From Eledone cirrhosa (taxonomy: Eukaryota), in contig OZ024764.1 in the NCBI GenBank assembly GCA_964016885.1, positions 28,272,001 to 28,336,000 on the forward strand: a DNA stretch of 64,000 nt. The letters are read 5' to 3'. The notes under the pieces were generated by a model. That model saw only the letters and a list, made by a program, of their open reading frames with translations, was not told the DNA's origin and made no database searches. Shown one piece after another: positions 1 through 11,100 of the stretch; position 1 is the first letter of the stretch, and every line of letters starts with the position of its first letter. The translations under genes were made by a program, and so were the position numbers.

Positions 1-200
1 ATTTTTGTGGGACAGCTCGTTGTCGCCTCCTTTCAGCACTTCTAAATGCTGCTTGTGCAGGTCATCGAAGAGCGTATACATTTTTATGGGACAGCCCGTT
101 GTCGCCTCTATTCAGTACTCCTAAATGCTGTTTTATGCAGGTCATACAAGAGCGTATACATTTTTGTGGGACAGCCCGTTGTCGCCTCCCTACAGCACTT

Positions 201-1520
201 CTAAATGCTGTTTTGTGCAGGTCATCGAAGAGCGTATACATTTTTGTGGGACAGTCCGTTGTCGCCTCTATTCAGCACTTCTACATGCTGTTTTGGGCAG
301 GTCATCGAAGAGTGTATACATTTTTGTGGGACAGCCCGTTGTCGCCTCTATTCAGCACTTCTAAATGCTGTTTTGTGCAGGTCATCGAAGAGCGTATACA
401 TTTTTATGGGACAGCTCATTGTCGCCTCCTTTCAGCACTTCTAAATGCTGCTTTGTGCAGGTCATCGAAGAGCGTATACATTTTTGTGGGACAGCCCGTT
501 GTCGCCTCTATTCAGCACTTCTAAATGCTGCTTTTTGCAGGTCATAGAAGAGCGTATACATTTTTGTGGGACAGCTCATTGTCGCCTCCTTTCAGCACTT
601 CTAAATGCTGCTTTGTGCAGGTCATCGAAGAGCGTATACATTTTTGTGGGACAGCCCGTTGTCGCCTCTATTCAGCACTTCTAAATGCTGCTTTTTGCAG
701 GTCATAGAAGAGCGTATACATTTTTATGGGACAGCCCGTTGTTGCCACTATTCAGCACTTCTAAATGCTGTTTTGTGCAGGTCATCGAAGAGTGTATACA
801 TTTTTGTGGGACAGCCCGTTGTCGCCTTTATTCAGCACTTGCAAATGCTGTTTTGTGCATGTCATCGAAGAGCGTATACATTTTTGTGGGACAGCCCGTT
901 GTCGCCTCTATTCAGCACTTCTAAATGCTGCTTTTTGCAGGTCATAGAAGAGCGTATACATTTTTGTGGGACAGCCAGTTGTCGCCTCCTTACAGCACTT
1001 CTAAATGCTGTTTTGTGCAGGTCATCGAAGAGCGTATACATTTTTGTGGGACAGTCCGTTGTCGCCTCTATTCAGCACTTCTACATGCTGTTTTGGGCAG
1101 GTCATCGAAGAGTGTATACATTTTTGTGGGACAGCCCGTTGTCGCCTCTATTCAGCACTTCTAAATGCTGTTTTGTGCAGGTCATCGAAGAGCGTATACA
1201 TTTTTATGGGACAGCTCATTGTCGCCTCCTTTCAGCACTTCTAAATGCTGCTTTGTGCAGGTCATCGAAGAGCGTATACATTTTTGTGGGACAGCCCGTT
1301 GTCGCCTCTATTCAGCACTTCTAAATGCTGCTTTTTGCAGGTCATAGAAGAGCGTATACATTTTTGTGGGACAGCTCATTGTCGCCTCCTTTCAGCACTT
1401 CTAAATGCTGCTTTGTGCAGGTCATCGAAGAGCGTATACATTTTTGTGGGACAGCCCGTTGTCGCCTCTATTCAGCACTTCTAAATGCTGCTTTTTGCAG
1501 GTCATAGAAGAGCGTATACA
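201..1520. repeat. 10-monomer (800-bp) offset duplication: about 201-720 matches about 1001-1520, repeated at +4378
   Basis: Identical translations at 205/1005, 365/1165, 445/1245 and 525/1325, with the same variant order. Confidence 0.8.
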
Positions 1521-1552
1521 TTTTTGTGGGACAGCCCGTTGTCGCCTCCCTA

Positions 1553-1570
1553 CAGCACTTCTAAGTGCTG
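1553..1570. other. 18-bp dyad CAGCACTT-CT-AAGTGCTG (example; a perfect or one-mismatch form is present in most monomers)
   Basis: The reverse complement of CAGCACTT is AAGTGCTG. The majority form CAGCACTT-CT-AAATGCTG has one mismatch. Confidence 0.9.
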
Positions 1571-2700
1571 CTTTGTGCAGGTCATAGAAGAGCGTATACA
1601 TTTTTATGGAACAGCCCGTTGTCGCCACTATTCAGCACTTCTAAATGCTGTTTTGTGCAGGTCATCGAAGAGCGTATACATTTTTATGGGACAGCTCGTT
1701 GTTGCCACTATTCAGCACTTCTAAATGCTGTTTTGTGCAGGTCATCGAAGAGTGTATACATTTTTGTGGGACAGCCCGTTGTCGCCTCCCTACAGCACTT
1801 CTAAGTGCTGCTTTGTGCAGGTCATCGAAGAGCGTATACATTTTTGTGGGACAGCCCGTTGTCGCTTCCCTACAGCACTTCTAAGTGCTGCTTTGTGCAG
1901 CTCATAGAAGAGCGTATACATTTTTGTGGGACAGCCCGTTGTTGCCTCTATTCAGCACTTCTAAATGCTGTTTTGTGCAGGTCATCGAAGAGCGTATACA
2001 TTTTTGTGGGACAGCCCGTTGTCGCCTCCCTACACCACTTCTAAGTGGTTTTGTGCAGGTCATAGAAGAGCGTATACATTTTTGTGGGACAGCCCGTTGT
2101 CGCCACTATTCAGCACTTCTAAATGCTGTTTTGTGCAGGTCATCGAAGAGCGTATACATTTTTATGGGACAGCCCGTTGTCGCCTCTATTCAGTACTCCT
2201 AAATGCTGTTTTATGCAGGTCATACAAGAGCGTATACATTTTTGTGGGACAGCTCGTTGTCGCCTCCTTTCAGCACTTCTAAATGCTGCTTGTGCAGGTC
2301 ATCGAAGAGCGTATACATTTTTATGGGACAGCCCGTTGTCGCCTCTATTCAGTACTCCTAAATGCTGCTTTGTGCAGGTCATAGAAGAGCGTATACATTT
2401 TTGTGGGACAGCCCGTTGTCGCCACTATTCAGCACTTCTAAATGCTGTTTTGTGCAGGTCATCGAAGAGCGTATACATTTTTGTGGGACAGCCCTTTGAC
2501 GCCTCTATTCATCACTTCTAAATGCTGTTTTATGCAGGTCATCGAAGAGCGTATACATTTTTGTGGGACAGCCCGTTGTCGCCTTTATTCAGCACTTGCA
2601 AATGCTGTTTTGTGCATGTCATCGAAGAGCGTATACATTTTTGTGGGACAGCCCGTTGTCGCCTCCCTACACCACTTCTAAGTGGTTTTGTGCAGGTCAT

Positions 2701-5700
2701 AGAAGAGCGTATACATTTTTGTGGGACAGCCAGTTGTCGCCTCCTTACAGCACTTCTAAATGCTGTTTTGTGCAGGTCATCGAAGAGCGTATACATTTTC
2801 GTGGGACAGCCCTTTGCCGCCTCTATTCAACACTTATAAATGCTGTTTGGGCAGGTCATAGAAGAGCGTATACATTTTTGTGGGACAGCCCGTTGTCGCC
2901 TCTATTCAGCACTTCTACATGCTGTTTTGGGCAGGTCACGAAGAGTGTATACATTTTTGTGGGACAGCCCGTTGTCGCCTCTATTCAGCACTTCTAAATG
3001 CTGCTTTGTGCAGGTCATCGAAGAGCGTATACATTTTTGTGGGACAGCCCGTTGTCGCCTCTATTCAGCACTCCTAAATGCTGTTTTATGCAGGTCATAC
3101 AAGAGCGTATACATTTTTATGGGACAGCCCGTTGTCGCCTTTATTCAGCACTTGCAAATGCTGTTTTGTGCATGTCATCGAAGAGCGTATACATTTTTGT
3201 GGGACAGTCCGTTGTCGCCTCTATTCAGCACTTCTACATGCTGTTTTGGGCAGGTCATCAAAGAGTGTATACATTTTTGTGGGACAGCCCGTTGTCGCCT
3301 CTAAATGCTGTTTTGTGCAGGTCATCGAAGAGCGTATACATTTTTATGGGACAGCCAGTTGTCGCCTCTATTCACCACTTCTAAATGCTGTTTTGTGCAG
3401 GTCATACAAGAGCGTATACATTTTTGTGGGACAGCTCATTGTCGCCTCCTTTCAGCACTTCTAAATGCTGCTTTGTGCAGGTCATCGAAGAGCGTATACA
3501 TTTTTGTGGGACAGCCCGTTGTCGCCTCTATTCAACACTTCTAAATGCTGCTTTTTGCAGGTCATAGAAGAGCGTATACATTTTTGTGGGACAGCCCGTT
3601 GTCGCCTCCCTACAGCACTTCTAAGTGCTGCTTTGTGCAGGTCATAGAAGAGCGTATACATTTTTATGGGACAGCCCGTTGTCGCCACTATTCAGCACTT
3701 CTAAATGCTGTTTTGTGCAGGTCATCGAAGAGCGTATACATTTTTATGGGACAGCCCGTTGTTGCCACTATTCAGCACTTCTAAATGCTGCTTTGTGCAG
3801 GTCATCGAAGAGCGTATACATTTTTGTGGGACAGCCCGTTGTCGCTTCCCTACAGCACTTCTAAGTGCTGCTTTGTGCAGCTCATAGAAGAGCGTATACA
3901 TTTTTGTGGGACAGCCCGTTGTCGCCTCTATTCAGCACTTCTAAATGCTGCTTTGTGCAGGTCGTAGAAGAGCATATACATTTTTGTGGGACAGCCCGTT
4001 GTCGCCTCTATTCAGCACTCCTAAATGCTGTTTTATGCAGGTCATACAAGAGCGTATACATTTTTATGGGACAGCCCGTTGTCGCCTTTATTCAGCACTT
4101 GCAAATGCTGTTTTGTGCATGTCATCGAAGAGCGTATACATTTTTATGGGACAGCCCGTTGTCGGCTCTATTCAGTACTCCTAAATGCTGTTTTATGCAG
4201 GTCATACAAGAGCGTATACATTTTTGTGGGACAGCTCGTTGTCGCCTCCTTTCAGCACTTCTAAATGCTGCTTGTGCAGGTCATCGAAGAGCGTATACAT
4301 TTTTATGGGACAGCCCGTTGTCGCCTCTATTCAGTACTCCTAAATGCTGTTTTATGCAGGTCATACAAGAGCGTATACATTTTTGTGGGACAGCTCGTTG
4401 TCGCCTCCTTTCAGCACTTCTAAATGCTGCTTGTGCAGGTCATCGAAGAGCGTATACATTTTTATGGGACAGCCCGTTGTCGCCTCTATTCAGTACTCCT
4501 AAATGCTGTTTTATGCAGGTCATACAAGAGCGTATACATTTTTGTGGGACAGCCCGTTGTCGCCTCCCTACAGCACTTCTAAATGCTGTTTTGTGCAGGT
4601 CATCGAAGAGCGTATACATTTTTGTGGGACAGTCCGTTGTCGCCTCTATTCAGCACTTCTACATGCTGTTTTGGGCAGGTCATCGAAGAGTGTATACATT
4701 TTTGTGGGACAGCCCGTTGTCGCCTCTATTCAGCACTTCTAAATGCTGTTTTGTGCAGGTCATCGAAGAGCGTATACATTTTTATGGGACAGCTCATTGT
4801 CGCCTCCTTTCAGCACTTCTAAATGCTGCTTTGTGCAGGTCATCGAAGAGCGTATACATTTTTGTGGGACAGCCCGTTGTCGCCTCTATTCAGCACTTCT
4901 AAATGCTGCTTTTTGCAGGTCATAGAAGAGCGTATACATTTTTGTGGGACAGCTCATTGTCGCCTCCTTTCAGCACTTCTAAATGCTGCTTTGTGCAGGT
5001 CATCGAAGAGCGTATACATTTTTGTGGGACAGCCCGTTGTCGCCTCTATTCAGCACTTCTAAATGCTGCTTTTTGCAGGTCATAGAAGAGCGTATACATT
5101 TTTATGGGACAGCCCGTTGTTGCCACTATTCAGCACTTCTAAATGCTGTTTTGTGCAGGTCATCGAAGAGTGTATACATTTTTGTGGGACAGCCCGTTGT
5201 CGCCTTTATTCAGCACTTGCAAATGCTGTTTTGTGCATGTCATCGAAGAGCGTATACATTTTTGTGGGACAGCCCGTTGTCGCCTCTATTCAGCACTTCT
5301 AAATGCTGCTTTTTGCAGGTCATAGAAGAGCGTATACATTTTTGTGGGACAGCCAGTTGTCGCCTCCTTACAGCACTTCTAAATGCTGTTTTGTGCAGGT
5401 CATCGAAGAGCGTATACATTTTTGTGGGACAGTCCGTTGTCGCCTCTATTCAGCACTTCTACATGCTGTTTTGGGCAGGTCATCGAAGAGTGTATACATT
5501 TTTGTGGGACAGCCCGTTGTCGCCTCTATTCAGCACTTCTAAATGCTGTTTTGTGCAGGTCATCGAAGAGCGTATACATTTTTATGGGACAGCTCATTGT
5601 CGCCTCCTTTCAGCACTTCTAAATGCTGCTTTGTGCAGGTCATCGAAGAGCGTATACATTTTTGTGGGACAGCCCGTTGTCGCCTCTATTCAGCACTTCT

Positions 5701-8164
5701 AAATGCTGCTTTTTGCAGGTCATAGAAGAGCGTATACATTTTTGTGGGACAGCTCATTGTCGCCTCCTTTCAGCACTTCTAAATGCTGCTTTGTGCAGGT
5801 CATCGAAGAGCGTATACATTTTTGTGGGACAGCCCGTTGTCGCCTCTATTCAGCACTTCTAAATGCTGCTTTTTGCAGGTCATAGAAGAGCGTATACATT
5901 TTTGTGGGACAGCCCGTTGTCGCCTCCCTACAGCACTTCTAAGTGCTGCTTTGTGCAGGTCATAGAAGAGCGTATACATTTTTATGGAACAGCCCGTTGT
6001 CGCCACTATTCAGCACTTCTAAATGCTGTTTTGTGCAGGTCATCGAAGAGCGTATACATTTTTATGGGACAGCTCGTTGTTGCCACTATTCAGCACTTCT
6101 AAATGCTGTTTTGTGCAGGTCATCGAAGAGTGTATACATTTTTGTGGGACAGCCCGTTGTCGCCTCCCTACAGCACTTCTAAGTGCTGCTTTGTGCAGGT
6201 CATAGAAGAGCGTATACATTTTTGTGGGACAGCCCGTTGTCGCCTCTATTCAGCACTTCTAAATGCTGCTTTGTGCAGCTCATAGAAGAGCGTATACATT
6301 TTTGTGGGACAGCCAGTTGTCGCCTCCTTACAGCACTTCTAAATGCTGTTTTGTGCAGGTCATCGAAGAGCGTATACATTTTTGTGGGACAGCCCTTTGC
6401 CGCCTCTATTCAACACTTATAAATGCTGTTTGGGCAGGTCATAGAAGAGCGTATACATTTTTGTGGGACAGCCCGTTGTCGCCTCTATTCAGCACTTCTA
6501 CATGCTGTTTTGGGCAGGTCATCGAAGAGTGTATACATTTTTGTGGGACAGCCCGTTGTCGCCTCTATTCAGCACTTCTAAATGCTGCTTTGTGCAGGTC
6601 ATCGAAGAGCGTATACATTTTTGTGGGACAGCCCGTTGTCGCCTCTATTCAGCACTCCTAAATGCTGTTTTATGCAGGTCATACAAGAGCGTATACATTT
6701 TTATGGGACAGCCCGTTGTCGCCTTTATTCAGCACTTGCAAATGCTGTTTTGTGCATGTCATCGAAGAGCGTATACATTTTTGTGGGACAGTCCGTTGTC
6801 GCCTCTATTCAGCACTTCTACATGCTGTTTTGGGCAGGTCATCAAAGAGTGTATACATTTTTGTGGGACAGCCCGTTGTCGCCTCTAAATGCTGTTTTGT
6901 GCAGGTCATCGAAGAGCGTATACATTTTTATGGGACAGCCAGTTGTCGCCTCTATTCACCACTTCTAAATGCTGTTTTGTGCAGGTCATACAAGAGCGTA
7001 TACATTTTTGTGGGACAGCTCATTGTCGCCTCCTTTCAGCACTTCTAAATGCTGCTTTGTGCAGGTCATCGAAGAGCGTATACATTTTTGTGGGACAGCC
7101 CGTTGTCGCCTCTATTCAACACTTCTAAATGCTGCTTTTTGCAGGTCATAGAAGAGCGTATACATTTTTGTGGGACAGCCCGTTGTCGCCTCCCTACAGC
7201 ACTTCTAAGTGCTGCTTTGTGCAGGTCATAGAAGAGCGTATACATTTTTATGGGACAGCCCGTTGTCGCCACTATTCAGCACTTCTAAATGCTGTTTTGT
7301 GCAGGTCATCGAAGAGCGTATACATTTTTATGGGACAGCCCGTTGTTGCCACTATTCAGCACTTCTAAATGCTGCTTTGTGCAGGTCATCGAAGAGCGTA
7401 TACATTTTTGTGGGACAGCCCGTTGTCGCTTCCCTACAGCACTTCTAAGTGCTGCTTTGTGCAGCTCATAGAAGAGCGTATACATTTTTGTGGGACAGCC
7501 CGTTGTCGCCTCTATTCAGCACTTCTAAATGCTGCTTTGTGCAGGTCGTAGAAGAGCATATACATTTTTGTGGGACAGCCCGTTGTCGCCTCTATTCAGC
7601 ACTCCTAAATGCTGTTTTATGCAGGTCATACAAGAGCGTATACATTTTTATGGGACAGCCCGTTGTCGCCTTTATTCAGCACTTGCAAATGCTGTTTTGT
7701 GCATGTCATCGAAGAGCGTATACATTTTTATGGGACAGCCCGTTGTCGGCTCTATTCAGTACTCCTAAATGCTGTTTTATGCAGGTCATACAAGAGCGTA
7801 TACATTTTTGTGGGACAGCTCGTTATCGCCTCCTTTCAGCACTTCTAAATGCTGCTTGTGCAGGTCATCGAAGAGCGTATACATTTTTATGGGACAGCCC
7901 GTTGTCGCCTCTATTCAGTACTCCTAAATGCTGTTTTATGCAGGTCATACAAGAGCGTATACATTTTTGTGGGACAGCTCGTTGTCGCCTCCTTTCAGCA
8001 CTTCTAAATGCTGCTTGTGCAGGTCATCGAAGAGCGTATACATTTTTATGGGACAGCCCGTTGTCGCCTCTATTCAGTACTCCTAAATGCTGTTTTATGC
8101 AGGTCATACAAGAGCGTATACATTTTTGTGGGACAGCCCGTTGTCGCCTCCCTACAGCACTTCT
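2701..8164. repeat. Direct duplication with offset about 3584 bp: about 2701-4580 matches about 6284-8164
   Basis: ORF pairs 2998/6582, 3305/6889 and 3945/7529. Both copies carry the 13-bp-deleted monomer (about 3300 and 6884) and the GTCATCAAAGAG variant (about 3260 and 6844). Confidence 0.9.
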
Positions 8165-11100
8165 AAGTGCTGCTTTGTGCAGGTCATAGAAGAGCGTATA
8201 CATTTTTGTGGGACAGCCCGTTGTCGCCTCTGTTCAGCACTTCTAAATGCTGCTTTTTGCAGGTCATAGAAGAGCGTATACATTTTTGTGGGACAGCCAG
8301 TTGTCGCCTCCTTACAGCACTTCTAAATGCTGTTTTGTGCAGGTCATCGAAGAGCGTATACATTTTTGTGGGACAGCCCTTTGCCGCCTCTATTCAACAC
8401 TTATAAATGCTGTTTGGGCAGGTCATAGAAGAGCGTATACATTTTTGTGGGACAGCCCGTTGTTGCCTCCCTACAGCACTTCTAAGTGCTGCTTTGTGCA
8501 GGTCATAGAAGAGTGTATACATTTTTGTGGGACAGCCCGTTGTCGCCTCCTTACAGCACTTCTAAATGCTGTTTTGTGCAGGTCATCGAAGAGCGTATAC
8601 ATTTTTGTGGGACAGCCCTTTGACGCCTCTATTCATCACTTCTAAATGCTGTTTTATGCAGGTCATCGAAGAGCGTATACATTTTTGTGGGACAGCCCGT
8701 TGTCGCCTCCCTACACCACTTCTAAGTGGTTTTGTGCAGGTCATAGAAGAGCGTATACATTTTTGTGGGACAGCCCGTTGTCGCCACTATTCAGCACTTC
8801 TAAATGCTGTTTTATGCAGGTCATCGAAGAGCGTATACATTTTTATGGGACAGCCTGTTGTCGCCTCTATTCAGTACTCCTAAATGCTGTTTTATGCAGG
8901 TCATACAAGAGCGTATACATTTTTGTGGGACAGCTCGTTGTCGCCTCCTTTCAGCACTTCTAAATGCTGCTTGTGCAGGTCATCGAAGAGCGTATACATT
9001 TTTATGGGACAGCCCGTTGTCGCCTCTATTCAGTACTCCTAAATGCTGCTTTGTGCAGGTCATAGAAGAGCGTATACATTTTTGTGGGACAGCCCGTTGT
9101 CGCCTCTATTCAGCACTTCTACATGCTGTTTTGGGCAGGTCATCGAAGAGTGTATACATTTTTGTGGGACAGCCCGTTGTCGCCTCTATTCAGCACTTCT
9201 AAATGCTGCTTTGTGCAGGTCATCGAAGAGCGTATACATTTTTGTGGGACAGCCCGTTGTCGCCTCTATTCAACACTTCTAAATGCTGCTTTTTGCAGGT
9301 CATAGAAGAGCATATACATTTTTGTGGGAAAGCCCGTTGTCGCCTCCCTACAGCACTTCTAAATGCTGCTTTTTGCAGGTCATAGAAGAGCGTATACATT
9401 TTTGTGGGACAGCCAGTTGTCGCCTCCTTACAGCACTTCTAAATGCTGTTTTGGGCAGGTCATAGAAGAGCGTATACATTTTTGTGGGACAGCCCGTTGT
9501 CGCCACTATTCAGCACTTCTAAATGCTGTTTTGTGCAGGTCATCGAAGAGCGTATACATTTTTATGGGACAGCCCGTTGTTGCCACTATTCAGCACTTCT
9601 AAATGCTGTTTTGTGCAGGTCATCGAAGAGCGTATACATTTTTGTGGGACAGCCCGTTGTCGCCTCCCTACAGCACTTGTAAGTGCTGCTTTGTGCAGGT
9701 CATCGAAGAGCGTATACATTTTTATGGGACAGCCTGTTGTCGCCTCTATTCAGCACTTCTAAATGCTGTTTTATGCAGGTCATACAAGAGCGTATACATT
9801 TTTGTGGGACAGCTCATTGTCGCCTCCTTTCAGCACTTCTAAATGTTGCTTTGTGCAGGTCATCGAAGAGCGTATACATTTTTGTGGGACAGCCCGTTGT
9901 CGCCTCTATTCAGCACTTCTAAATGCTGCTTTTTGCAGGTCATAGAAGAGCGTATACATTTTTGTGGGACAGCCCGTTGTCGCCTTTATTCAGCACTTGC
10001 AAATGCTGTTTTGTGCATGTCATCGAAGAGCGTATACATTTTTGTGGGACAGCCCGTTGTCGCCTCTATTCAGCACTTCTAAATGCTGCTTTTTGCAGGT
10101 CATAGAAGAGCGTATACATTTTTGTGGGACAGCCAGTTGTCGCCTCCTTACAGCACTTCTAAATGCTGTTTTGTGCAGGTCATCGAAGAGCGTATACATT
10201 TTTGTGGGACAGTCCGTTGTCGCCTCTATTCAGCACATCTACATGCTGTTTTGGGCAGGTCATCGAAGAGTGTATACATTTTTGTGGGACAGCCCGTTGT
10301 CGCCTCTATTCAGCACTTCTAAATGCTGTTTTGTGCAGGTCATCGAAGAGCGTATACATTTTTATGGGACAGCTCATTGTCGCCTCCTTTCAGCACTTCT
10401 AAATGCTGCTTTGTGCAGGTCATCGAAGAGCGTATACATTTTTGTGGGACAGCCCGTTGTCGCCTCTATTCAGCACTTCTAAATGCTGCTTTTTGCAGGT
10501 CATAGAAGAGCGTATACATTTTTGTGGGACAGCTCATTGTCGCCTCCTTTCAGCACTTCTAAATGCTGCTTTGTGCAGGTCATCGAAGAGCGTATACATT
10601 TTTGTGGGACAGCCCGTTGTCGCCTCTATTCAGCACTTCTAAATGCTGCTTTTTGCAGGTCATAGAAGAGCGTATACATTTTTATGGGACAGCCCGTTGT
10701 TGCCACTATTCATCACTTCTAAATGCTGTTTTGTGCAGGTCATCGAAGAGTGTATAGATTTTTGTGGGACAGCCCGTTGTCGCCTCCCTACAGCACTTCT
10801 AAGTGCTGCTTTGTGCAGCTCATAGAAGAGCGTATACATTTTTGTGGGACAGCCCGTTGTTGCCTCTATTCAGCACTTCTAAATGCTGCTTTGTGCAGGT
10901 CATAGAAGAGTGTATACATTTTTGTGGGACAGCCCGTTGTCGCCACTATTCAGCACTTCTAAATGCTGTTTTGTGCAGGTCATCGAAGAGCGTATACATT
11001 TTTATGGGACAGCCCGTTGTCGCCACTATTCAGCACTTCTAAATGCTGTTTTATGCAGGTCATACAAGAGCGTATACATTTTTGTGGGACAGCTCGTTGT

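Larger units (their letters stand above)
1..6203. repeat. Direct duplication with offset 4378 bp: about 1-1825 matches about 4379-6203
   Basis: Identical variant order (ORF starts 125/4503, 605/4983, 1565/5943). The rare variant TATGGAACAG is shared at about 1610 and 5988. The copies diverge at about 1826/6204. Confidence 0.9.

Noticed and set aside
131-150. Possible second hairpin TATG-CAGGT-CATA in the TTTTATG...CATACAAG variant
   Set aside because: The stem is only 4 bp, the linkage is explained by shared descent, and TTTTATG also occurs with CATCGAAG.
139-160. AGGTCA nuclear-receptor half-site, GAAGAGC (SapI/BspQI) and GTATAC palindrome in most monomers
   Set aside because: These are short motifs expected by chance in one ancestral monomer and merely amplified, and the half-site has no partner at a canonical spacing. 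They are useful only as restriction or optical-map markers.
121-200. CENP-B box
   Set aside because: The minus strand has TTCG and CGGG separately, but not in the required TTCG-N4-A-N2-CGGG spacing.
121-200. Hammerhead ribozyme satellite (as in newt, schistosome or cricket satellites), or tRNA/5S-derived repeat
   Set aside because: No CTGANGA plus GAAA core with flanking stems on either strand (the closest is CTGAATAGA on the minus strand). No cloverleaf or clear Pol III A/B boxes were seen.
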